Shown here: one piece after another, positions 51,001 through 62,756 of the stretch | How the letters are laid out: every line of letters begins with the position of its first letter | How positions within the stretch are numbered: the first letter of the stretch is position 1 | Origin: Gnetum montanum | Lineage: Eukaryota; Plantae; Gnetophyta | Direction: 5' to 3' | Assembly: GCA_015680685.1 (NCBI GenBank) | Contig: MNCI01003135.1 | Span: 62,001 to 126,000, forward strand | Length of the DNA: 64,000 bases | Translations under genes and position numbers: made by a program | Notes under the pieces: generated by a model | Told to the model about the DNA's origin: nothing | The model's input: only the letters and a program-made list of their open reading frames with translations | Databases searched by the model: none

Positions 51001-53366
51001 ATCAAATAGGGATTGTCCCATTTACCAAGCACCTATGGTACACTTTTCCATGCAGCATGGTATATCTATGAAAGACATCATTGAGTTGCTCCATCATAGT
51101 GAGCCTTACCACTTGGCCTTTGATAAATAATTCCAATGCTATTTGGGCTAGAGGCAAGAGTTGGTTACTCTTTATTAGCCCATGGTCATCAACCTTGCAC
51201 TTGCAAGCACAATAGAATTAAGAAAAACATTAAAAACCAAAATAGCCTAAGAAAACCAAAATGAAATAGAAAAACTTAATTTTACACTTATCCCTCCAAA
51301 TGGTAAATGGTGCTAGGAGGTTTTTGAAACAATGTGTCAATTTGGTGGCCAACAAGAAATGTGTTATTAGCATTATATTAGAGGAACTTAAGCATGTTCC
51401 AAATCTTGAATAGATTAGGAGTTTTCCCAATATACTTGTTGTCATGTTGCTCACCTTCATCACGAGTTTCAGGATTATCAGTAATGAGCTTGATGATCAT
51501 ATGTGCAAAGTGAGGTAATAGAATCTCCATGATTACTGATGTAGTCTCTGAAGCCAAGTGTGACTACACCATCACACTAAATATTTGACCATGTAAGCTA
51601 AGAACTCCTTTGCCTTGGGCCAAAACCATAAGGAGCCATGCTCCAATATCATGTTTGTAGGTGGGTTGTTAGGCCTTGATGTGTGGATATAGTAGAGCAG
51701 CCCCACCAACTCAATGACAACCAAGATCAATTTTAGGAAGGCCCTGCACACAACAACAACAACCACTAAAACCATAAATAACCATAATAAAAAATGAATA
51801 ATTTTTAAGAAACTAAAATAAGTGCAACATTAACATCAACATTCTCATCCAAGCCAAATAAAAAAATTCAAAATTTGTAACACTTAGAACCAAAACAAGG
51901 TAATAATAAAAATTATGACTAGCTTACATATAAAAGATCAAATACATCCAAGTAGTCAACCAACAACCAATAGAAATTTCATGGTGAGATATACATAAAA
52001 ATAGTAAATATTTTATGTGAAAACATTAAAGCCATGGAAACTAGCTCTTACCTACTACAACAATCACAAAATACAAACTTCAATAGTACAAAATGTTTAC
52101 TAGATATCCTAGTTAATAGTGAAACTAGCTATAGTAAAAACTTTAGGAGGCTAGTTAAAAATTTTAGAAAAATTCAAGTGACTATTAAAAACTAAAATAT
52201 GGCATGTAAATAACCTTATGAACATTTTAACACTACCATAAAAATACAAAAACAACACCAATGCTACCTATATAGCTAGGAAGGTTTATAGTTTTAATAA
52301 TCAAAATTGCAACTATACAAGGCAATTTACAAAAAAATGAAAATGATAATTTAGAATTAAATTTTTTTTTCTAAGTCTAGGAACTAAATATGCATTAAAT
52401 TCAATGAAATTAAGCATCTACACTATATTCCTAACCCTAGAGAAAATTTTGACAACAACCCAAAACCCTAACGAAATTTAACAAAAAAATTTCATAAAGA
52501 CTTGGAATTGTAGATAACAGCCATAGTGAACCATTTATATAAAATATGAAAAACAAAATTTAGTTTTCCAAAATCAATGAAAAACCTCCATAACACCTTC
52601 AAGAATCCCCAAGAACTTAGGAAATTGGTTGGAAAATTATTCTAAGTGTCAACATTTCCCATCTTCATAGGTGTAAACCCATAAAAACAAAAAATCTCAC
52701 CATGTTCTAGTTCACACAAAAAATTAATAGAAAATCAATCATATATTAGAATTTATTGATTCCATATCTAGTTGAATTCAAAAACAATAAATTTAAAACT
52801 CAAAACCTAAAAAAAAAACATCTTCACCATTTTTCCATGATGAATTCAAAAATTAACATGAAAAAATAACAAAAACTAGAAAAACCCTTGTGTACTAGCT
52901 TATGAAGAAAATCATAGAAAATTCATTGTAAGTCATAATGTAGTGGTTCAAATACTAAAAAAACCAAAACATCCTAGTCATTTTTATAGTAAAAAAATAC
53001 ATAGGTGATTTTGCTTTCTGGTCCAAAACTATAAAAAATGCATTGAAAAGACTAAAATCAAATTCATAACTCATCGTAGACCAATCCCACAACCAAGGAA
53101 ACACTAAAACCCCATAAATGTGGCCTAGATATAACATAGGAGATTTACAAAATTTAATTTTAATCAACACATAAGCCTACACAAACAAAAACACCTAGGA
53201 TACAAACAAAATTTCACATGAAATGACCAAGAGTGGTGTACCTGGGAGTCATGGTGAATGGTCCTTCACTAGTAAGATGCCACAGTAGATTAGAGAAACC
53301 TCTTCCGGTAGCATCAACATCCATTAAGTCTAGGTTCTTTCTAGTGGAAGCCCTCCTCTTTAACAT
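48003..53366 (-). pseudogene. Antisense multi-exon accessory gene inside D (about 8 exons, about 1000 codons); N-terminal part weakly resembles a plant mobile domain, C-terminal part coiled-coil-like
   Basis: Approximate exons: 53366-53242 (MLKRRASTRKNLDL...), 51743-51288, 51200-50927, 50712-49709, 49566-49420, 49291-49125, 49004-48190, 48115-48003. Introns are T-rich, mostly with GT/AG ends. Phase is compatible at exon 1/2, 4/5 and 5/6. Stops and frameshifts are present. Confidence 0.65.
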
Positions 53367-54019
53367 TGTGAATGAATAAGGCAAGAAACACCTGAATCTT
53401 TAAACATCTAGAACTTGTCTAGCAATTGTGCTTAGTCCTTAATGAAGGGTTGCTAGACTATGCTAAGGATAGGTGTTGTAGAAGCCAAAAGTAGGACTAG
53501 ATCTTTGATACTATGTGTTGTAGGTTGCAAGTGATGTGAGAAGTTTGATTTGTGCAAAATTGTAATGTCGGAATCAATCCCAGACTTATGCATTAACCAC
53601 CAAAACCCTAGTTTACCAAAACACTCACACAAGTTCCACATAACTTCATCATCATAATTAGAAGGTATAACTATGCTGGGTTGGTAGGAAAGTAATTTGT
53701 TTAATAATTCAAACTTAAGGTGGGCTCCACTAGGTGTGTCTCCAACAAGCCAATCAAAAATCCTAATAAATATGGATTTTGGCTTTCCCATGGCAACTAT
53801 GCTAGGGTTTAAGTCTCTAGAAATCTTGGAATGGATTCTAAACTCCAACCATTTCTAGAACCCCCATCCTAGGCATCCATCCAAGCCATCTTTGAATCCA
53901 AAAAAGCCTTATGTCCAAAATTGGTAATTGGGTGTTGACATGAAAGTCATCATACACCAAGGAAAAATAAAATTTACACCAAAACTTACTATTTTGGGTA
54001 ACTATTGTGACCAAAAAAC

Positions 54020-56330
54020 TAACTACATTGGTCAGTATAGTCCCAAGATGGATGAAGCTTTCCACCACTAAATAGGCTCCTAATTAACTCCAAAATAGTC
54101 GCACCATGCACTAAACACTACTGAGAGCCTTTGAAAGCTTTAGACCTTCACAAGAATAGTCAAAAGGCATAAAAAATCACTATCTTGCATGGACTACATT
54201 GAGAGTAGGCCTAACTACATTAGACAACATAGTCCTAGTGTAGTTGTGTAGGGGATGAAGCCAAAAGCTAAGAATAACCTTTAGAATGATACACTCTAAA
54301 CCCCAATGTCTCTACTAAGTCTAAGATGCAAAATTACAAAGTAAGAACAAAATAAATCCTACTTCCATCTTCAAACTAAACTAGTGATGGCTAGGACTAT
54401 GCTAACCAGCATAGTCCTAGCATTCTGTGGTGAGGGTGGACCATTAAAAACCATAAATAAACTTCAAATTAACATATCTTGGCCTACACACTTCATCAAA
54501 GCATCTGATGATTTCGTAATAACAAACTATTGAGTAAAAATAATTCAATCCCATTTCCACCTTGCAACTATGTTGGGGTTCATCCTAACTATGCTAACTA
54601 GTGTAGTCTAAGTGTATTAGGTTGAGGTTAGAGTGCCAAATGCCAAAGGTAATCTTCAAGGTATCATATCCAATCCTTCACATCTTCTTGAGGTCTTTGA
54701 TGATCATAAACTACCAAAAGGTGAAACCAAAGTTAATCAAAATACTCCAAAGACTATAGACTATGCTATGGAATCTTGGAACTATGCTAGCTATCATAGT
54801 CCTAGGATAGTCCTACTATAGAAAACCCAAAATAGGTCATGAACATGTCAAATTGACTTCTCAGTGCATCATCTCAACCCTAGAATCTTATTGGAGACTT
54901 AAGAGATAACTAAACTTTGTAAATTAGGCCAGAAATAACCAAAAATCATCCTACACCCATTAACTATGCTAAGACTATGCTAGCTAGTGTAGTCCAAGGA
55001 TGTATGATTCATTTAAAATAAAAACAATCATCAGAGCCCACAGTTTCAAGTATAAACATTAAACATGAATAATAGTGATCCATGAACCCAACAATCTAGT
55101 CAATAAATCATGAAATTTCACTAAAAATAAAGATTCATTGCATGACTATAGTAGATCTATCCTAGACTACACTAGCAAGTGTAATCCTATTGTAGTCATG
55201 ATTCTAGAATGGTTTGACGGGTGATGTGACACTTCAGATAGTCCAAAACCTGACTTGGAAACCTAGAACCTTGCTTAACCTTATCTAGCTACAATTTCAT
55301 CTTAATTTAATTTTGGAAATGCTAGGTTTCCTTTGTCTACACTAAGGCTATGTTTAATTACACTATCTAGCATAGTCTAAGTAGTAGATGGTCATGTCAA
55401 TACCCAAAAAACCTTCAAAATAAATCATCCTAAGACAACACCCTATCTAGGAACATTGGCAACCTTGGGAATCTAAGAACCTAATCAATTCACCACAAAA
55501 AATAATCAAATAATAATATTCACATCATACTACCCTATGACAAGCTAGGACTACATTGGCCAGTGTAGTCCAAGCATAGTCATGATTTTGAATTGGTTTG
55601 GCTAGTATCACAACATCCCGAATGATCTAAAATTTGACTACAGAAATATAGAGAATTTTTTAACTTTACCTAGCCATAGGTTAAGGTCTTTTTGATCATA
55701 AGAATACCAAATTCCATTAATCTATGCTAAGGTAGGTGAAGACCATGTCAGTCGACATAGTCCTTGCCCCAAGGTGGCTAAACAAATACAACAACACTTA
55801 AAATGATCAAAAACTTCATTTTTGAGTCATATAATCCTACAATATTTAAGGTAACTTTAATTTCACCTTATTGTGATCATAGAAACATCAAATTCTAGCA
55901 ATCTATGATGAGGCCACCCTTTAATATGTTGGCCAGCATAGTCATGGAATGTTGGTGCCAAAACATCATTTGCAGTAGCTTATTTTAACTTCCAAATGAC
56001 TAGTTCAGCCTTTCCAAGAGCCTACACTATGCTAGAAAGTTGATGGAATAGAAACTTCAAAGTTAAGACCTCACAAATTCATTTTTCCCATGCATCTATG
56101 TTGGGACTATGATTGCCAATGTAGTCCTAGCATAGTCACTAGTTTCTACATCATTTGTAGCATCTCAATGGTCAAAATGATGGCAATGTTTACTATTCTC
56201 CAACCCCAATCCATTGCACTAGTAATATAGACCACTAGAACCCAAAAATTGGCCATAACAAATGTATAAAATCATCTACTGATACTGGCTATGTTGGAAC
56301 CTATTCCAACTACAGTGTCCAACATAGTCC
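54020..56330. repeat. Array of 13 degenerate 24-bp palindromes at about 192-bp period
   Basis: Starts at 54020, 54212, 54394, 54586, 54779, 54972, 55164, 55355, 55548, 55740, 55921, 56104 and 56307; best copy CTAGGACTATGCTAACCAGCATAGTCCTAG (54391-54420). Confidence 0.9.
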
Positions 56331-57119
56331 TAGCTATGCCCAATGTAGTGACAACAAAAGGATTCATTTTTAACTTCAAAAAACCTTGAAATGACTATAT
56401 CAAGTGTCCAAACTCATTCATCAACCTTGTATACCTCCACTATGGCCCACTAAGGTCTAAAACTCACAAACTATAACCTTGATTGACCAATATTGATCAT
56501 GTTTTATCATATGTTTCCTACCTTGATTGGTTTGGCCTTATCTTACTATGTTTTGACTTGGTTTCACCTTGGAATGGATTATTAACCTTCATCACCCTAT
56601 CATTTGATGTCATTTGGCTTTATTTTTTTCATTTTAACATCATTTGGTCCTATCCCACCAAATGTTTTTGTCATTTCACCTTATAGAACTAGATTTAACA
56701 TCAACTTATACCATTGGACATCACTGTGACCTTGTTTGACTTTCAAGAACATCATTGTGTCGAATTTTATCATTATTTGGTCTTCATTTGATCCCACTTG
56801 ATAATAATTTGTCTACCATTTGGCCTTTTTCCATGTTAGTTGGCCTTTTGATTTTCCCCATCTACCTTATATATTTCATATGATCTTTGTTGACCATGTT
56901 TTATCCTTGTTCATCTTATTTGATGATGCTTGATCATCATTAAGCTATTATCTGACATTTATTGATCATGTTTGGTCCTTAATTGACATCATTAGATGGA
57001 TTTTTACCATCATTTATCCTTCATCTTACTTCATACTACCATCATTTGGCCTTCATTTGACCTTATTGAACCTTTGTTACATCTTATTTATCTTTACCTA
57101 CCTCTGGTAACCTTTATCT

Positions 57120-59030
57120 ATGAGAGTAGACATCTCACTAGTTGGAAAGCCATACTAGCTAAATTTGATCTCTATTACATCTCTCAAGCATCAATGAAAG
57201 GACAAGCAATAGCCATGCAACTTACTATTTTAGTGGTAAAACACCATGTAACCATATATCCTAAATTCCCTAACAAGCATGTTAACATTGTCAATGAAGT
57301 ACCTGAGGGCTACGAGGAAATTATAAACTTTGCCAAAGCCTCAATTTCCCATGGAGTTTGTGATGCTACCATCATAACATCACATTTTGATTGAATTCAA
57401 CCCTTCACTTACTATTTTGAATTCCCATGTACTAACAACATAGTACAATATGAAGGATTAATCAAGGGAATGATGGTAGCCTATGACTAAGGAATCAAGC
57501 ACCCAATGATGAAGGATGATTCATAACTTGTGATTAACCAAGTAACAAAGGTTTACATGTGCAAAGCCAAATATTTTCAACCTTACTATGACTTAGAAAA
57601 GAAACTGATACAATAATTTATAGATGTTAGTATCCAACATTTACACTAGCCAATGCCATATCTTAGCTCTCAATGTGATCTCTAATGTATTTAGAAATTT
57701 ACCTACCTTAACCATGAACTATGGTGTTTCCACCATGTAGATCACTAAAGGTGATTCTATAGCCTTTGTCAATACTTCTCCTCCAAATGAGTTGTATGAT
57801 GATATCAAGTTTTACCTTATTCATGCTGAATCTTCACAACACTTAACTACTTCTCAAAAGGACATTGTATGTAAATGATCAAAATAATATGTCATCATAG
57901 ACAATAACACATTATACTGACATTCTTATGATTGAATATTCTTAGCGTGCTTAGGCAAAACAAAAGCATGAATAATCCTTGAGCAAGTTCATGAAGGTGT
58001 ATGTGAGGGACATATAGGACCTAGAATCATGGCCACTAACATTAGATGACTAGGCTATTATTGGCCCTATATGAAGAGAAACTACCTATAAAAAGTTAAA
58101 ACTTATGAAACTTTTGAATGGCATAGAAACCTAATACATATGCCACCAACTAAGTTACACACTACTTAGATAACGTGGTCATTTCAATGGTGGGGATTAG
58201 ACATCATTGGACCTATAATGCCTAAGTATTCTATAGGGCATAGCTGTATCACCATTACAACCAAATATTTTACAAAGTATGTTGAAGCTATTCTCCTAAG
58301 GAAGACAACATCTCAATAGGTTTGTAGATTTATACTCGATAACATAGTAGCCCATTTTGGCATACCTATGACCATAGTTATGGATAATAGACCATAGTTT
58401 AGTAGCCAAGAAATGAAATATTTTTATCAAGACCTAGGTATTAAACATTATTTTTTGTCACTATACTATTTTCAAGCCAATGGACAATTTGAAGTTAGGT
58501 ATATGGCCATTATAAACTTGCTAAAAAAGATGTTGAATAGTAGCAGCTGCAAGTGGCATGAGTGACTTGTTCATGCACTCTTGGCCTATCAAGCCACCTT
58601 TCAAACCACAACTAGAGTAACCCCATATAGCCTAGTTTATGGTTTTGAAGTTATTTTACCTCTTAAATTATAGGTTCTATCATTGAGGGTGGCTCTATCG
58701 AACTTCATAAATGATGAATAGAGTAAGAAGCTACATACCATGGACCTAGACTTAGTGGAGGAGCAATAGATGGGAATGCTTACTCACATCAAATGATGCT
58801 AGAAGAGGGAGAAGCAACAACACTACAATAACCTAGTAAACAAATTTTCAAGGAGGGATAACTAGTCCTCAAGGTTGTCCATGAGAATGTGAATAAGTTC
58901 TCAGCCAACTAGAAAGGGCCTTTCTTGATCACCAAGGCCTATGACAATGAAGGTTTTAGAGTAGCAGACATGGATGGAAATGAGTTGGTAAAATTGATCA
59001 ATCATTCCTATCTAAAACCTTATTACATAA
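57120..59030 (+). pseudogene. Element D pol 3' half: RH end, additional (archaeal-type) RNase H and integrase
   Basis: WKAILAKFDLYYISQASMKGQAIA; FEFPCTNNIVQYEGLI...DDS.LVINQV (aRH); EQVHEGVCEGH, WSFQWWGLDIIGP, YFQANGQ, KGPFLI (INT). Confidence 0.85.
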
Positions 59031-60100
59031 AACATGTTTTTTTATAGGTACTAACATTGACATCCATGACAATAGTGACCAGTAACAAGCAAGCAAAGAT
59101 TCTTTTTTTTATCTCTTTTTTCACAAAAAGTGCACTCTAAATATTTGTAATAATAAGGACCTATGGTGACCTATTTTTTTTTATTATCTTATGTGACCTT
59201 ATGTATTACTATGTAGCAACATGTTTTCCTTGGCTTTTTTTTTTGTTCTCTTGGACTCATGCTTGCAAGATGAAGCCTAAACTCATTGTAAAGGTCCAAC
59301 TCATTATGTGAGGAAGTTATCATGTGACCTTGATACATAAGATTTGATTAGCTTATCCTACTATGCCAAGAGTGCTTATTCCAGTTTACTTCCATTATTC
59401 CTTCTTCGAGCAACCATCCCATATAGCCTAATTATAGTCTTCTTTATATTGAACAACAATGTTGACCTATGTTTAACACTCATGCATTATGGTCTTTTTA
59501 CATCTCCTTCATCATTCTCCACCATCAAGTCCATTGAATGTACCACATCTCATTCAATAGGAAAAATAAATCAAAACTTGGCCTTGGCAATGAAGCCTAA
59601 TGAAGGTCTTACCTAAGCAAAAAATGTGAGAGAAAATTGCCAAAAGGCCAAACAACTGTCAAATTCCAAAAGATAAACAAATCACTCCAAACATGTAAAG
59701 GGAGGAGCCTAAAAATCTAAGAAATATCAAAGTGAAGTTTGGTTCCTCAAAATCATTATTAAGTAACGAATACTTTAAATCACAATGCACAAAAACCTTA
59801 TTGATTACTTAACATATCATTGCCATAACAATAGCCATGATGTCAACATGTGGAACTCATTGTTAACCCTCATGATCATTTCCTTGTGACTAAATATAAC
59901 TTGCAAGTTTTAAATATAATTTGCAAGTTTTACTACCTCATCATAACCTTATCCCATTATCAAAAGCATCTTTAGTATGGTTCGACACTATAGGATCATG
60001 TGCAGAGATGAAACATTGATGATGGACACATGGTGGCATTTCCTATTCTTTATTGGTGTCTCTTAGGTCAATCTTGCAAACATCAACAAAGAATAGCAAA

Positions 60101-61413
60101 TGAAACATCATCTAGAAAATTCACATTGTAACCTATAAATCTTCACCACCCAACTTGAGGTAATATTTTGTTATAAATGTAATGTTTATAGCCCATGAGC
60201 TACAATCTTACATACTTTAACTTTTTGAGGCTAAAAATGCCTTATAAGTTACTACTACCTCACTTCCCAAGTTGAAAAAGTAATTTCATATCTATATTTG
60301 GGCTTGGGAAGGATGAAAATTCCTTGGAGACTATAAAATTTGGGATTTACATGGCTTTTATGGTGGTTATGGCCTTAAATATGCTAGAGTTGCATACGCC
60401 TAGCATTGCAGTTGTTGGGTTTTCCACTTTTCCAATAGTTGCCAACGTAGTCATCAACATGGCCAACATAGGCATCATATATTTCTAGTAATCTTCACAT
60501 GGATAGCATAGTAACCATATTTCCCAATAGATTTTACTAATGACAGCATAGCTCTCCAAGGCCAACATAGTTGAGGTGAAGCCAGCATAGTTACAAAAGT
60601 CTATTTACTATTTTTAGTACCTAGTGCGATTTTGATGACCTTTGGGTTTTAAAACTAACTAGAAATGGATAACTATGTTATGAATAATGATCTTTTATAC
60701 TTGCAAATAGCATCAATCTATTAGAAATCATGTTAGATATTTGTAAACCAAAATTAGCAACCTTGAAGCCTATAAAACCAAAACATGAATATCTTATTAG
60801 GTCCCAAACATGTTTGTGACCTAGAAACCTAACAACCTTTGCAACCTCAATCATTTTGGCATTTGAAAAAATTTTGGAGCACATTGGTATTTACCTAAGA
60901 ACCAGAGACTCTCGATATAGCACCATTGCAACAAGAGTGAAACACCTTTATTTACACCACCTTGATTAAAATTGTAGATCCAAGTAAGAACCAAAAAGAA
61001 GCTCTTAACAACTTGGATTTGGAAGTTCTTGGATCATGGAGTTTGACTAAAGAATACAACCTACTAGCTCCAACAAGGTCCAAGCTCCATTGAAATAAGC
61101 ATCTTGTGCATTTGAGCATACAATTTGTACTCCTTGAACTCTATACTTTAAGAATTTTTGCTATTTCAAGAAATGTTATCAATCATTTATGGTGTATATT
61201 TCATTTCGATTTTAATTCTATGTTTATTCTCAGTCAAATATATAATTTTATTTTCTTTTCCTCATTTACATTCTTTAATTCACTAGGTGAAAGACCAAGC
61301 CATCTAGGGTACCTTGAGTCCTCTTTATTGAAGGCCCTTGGGATTCAATGTCAAAAACTATTTTCACATCCAAAATTTTTGATTTTTCTAGTGATTAAAT
61401 TTTTTTGGGTACA
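60101..61413 (+). repeat. 3' LTR of element D
   Basis: TGAAACA...ACA; preceded by purine-rich AAAGAATAGCAAA; aligns with the 5' LTR minus its insert. Confidence 0.85.
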
Positions 61414-62155
61414 ATAGTACCTCTCTTTTTCTCCTTTAATCTCTTCTTAATTTCAAAGAATATTTGTTCAAATATATTGACTAGAAGTTTCTACTAAGAA
61501 CTATACATTCCTTGGTAAAGAATGATATGATCTTGTTGGGCCATACCATTGGATTGAGGTAGTGTAGTGCTATCTTGAAGTATATTATTTCTAGTTTAGT
61601 TGGTATGTTATACTCTTTATGATAAATTTTGTTATACCTTTAGGTCTATTATTTCTTTATCTCTACATCCAACTACATAAGCACCTCTACAAGATTTTCC
61701 CCTTCATTGGAAAATTTTAAGGTACTCTCTATGACCTCCATTAAGTAAGAAATTATGATGTATTTCATCTTTTCAATTTCATCTCCTTGGAAATTATCCA
61801 CAAAAGGTAGATTTCACCAAGCAACAATTATCCATTAGAAGAAATGATGGGTCAAATTGGGGATTTCTACAACTATGTTTAGACTTCTTTGTATAAAAAT
61901 TCCAAAATGGTCCAACGTATGATTCTTGGAGAATTATCTTTTAGACTTTATTTCTTCAAGCTTTCTCCAGGTAAGCCTTAATGAATGTGAAATCTAGGCT
62001 TGGCCTAGGCCGAGACACTTCATCCTACCTAGATTGCTCTATTTCTATGATGAAAATCTAACAGCAAAACTCTACCATGGGTTCTTCTCTCAATGAAAAA
62101 GTTGCATGTATACCCTCTTGGTATAGGAATACCTCTTTTGAACCCCTTTTGATTC
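61414..62155 (-). pseudogene. Element E ORF2, N-terminal piece
   Basis: IILQESYVGP...PIISSNG.LLLGEIYLLW and IFFEIKKRL match C VLQELNFGP...PIITTSGEWYLGETYLF and LFLEIEKRF. Confidence 0.75.
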
Positions 62156-62189
62156 CTACAAATGGAAGATTAATAGTTCTAGATAGCTA

Positions 62190-62385
62190 AGAAGACATCT
62201 TGGTCACTAGAAAGACATTTTTCCTAAGATGTGACATGACATAGAAGACGTTTCAAATGTTTCTAAGACATCTTGACCAAGAGAGGAGATGTCTTGGTTT
62301 GAGAAGAAATGTCTCTGGGAATATATCTATTACTTAGAGATGACATCTTACATGCAAACTAGGATTAAGAGAGACATTTTGTTTG
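62190..62385. repeat. Cluster of about 9 AGAC(A/G)TCT-like motifs, probably in an LTR fragment of another family
   Basis: AAGACATCT, AAGACATTT, AAGACGTTT, GAGATGTCTT, AAATGTCTCT, GAGACATTT and others within about 200 bp. Confidence 0.6.
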
Positions 62386-62756
62386 ACTAGGAAAAAGCTT
62401 CAATGTAGTAGTTTCAATATGAAAATAGCCAAAAACATTAGATTAATATTGGAAATAGCTATCAAGCTTCAAGTTGATCATGAAAAAGTTTTTCTTAAGG
62501 TCTTAGTCTTGTAATTGTTAAATATTGGTTGTGTTTATATTTTTGGACATGGAGTGGATGAGAATTAAGAGAGATTACAAGAATGGTATGCATCTCTATC
62601 GTCAATTATGAATTTGATATTATCATTATAGCCCTTTATGAATTTGGGTCTAGTCTTGTGTGTGTGAGAAAAAGATATTAATAAATTATGCCTTATATTG
62701 AGGTTAATCATGTATATAATTATAGAGTCTCATGTTGTGCAATATTATTAAGTGTG

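Larger units (their letters stand above)
39982..61413 (+). mobile_element. Element D: Tat/Ogre-like Ty3/gypsy element, RT-less, carrying an antisense multi-exon gene and a palindrome array
   Basis: LTRs at 39982-42704 (with a 1.48-kb insert) and 60101-61413; Ogre-type gag and PR; end of RH, additional archaeal-type RNase H, then INT. TSD imperfect (TACA at both junctions); PBS not confidently read. Confidence 0.85.

Noticed and set aside
54020-56330. CRISPR-like look (palindromic repeats with unlike spacers)
   Set aside because: Eukaryotic retroelement context, no cas genes, spacers of about 170 bp that are partly homologous to each other, and degenerate repeats. Reported as a motif array instead.
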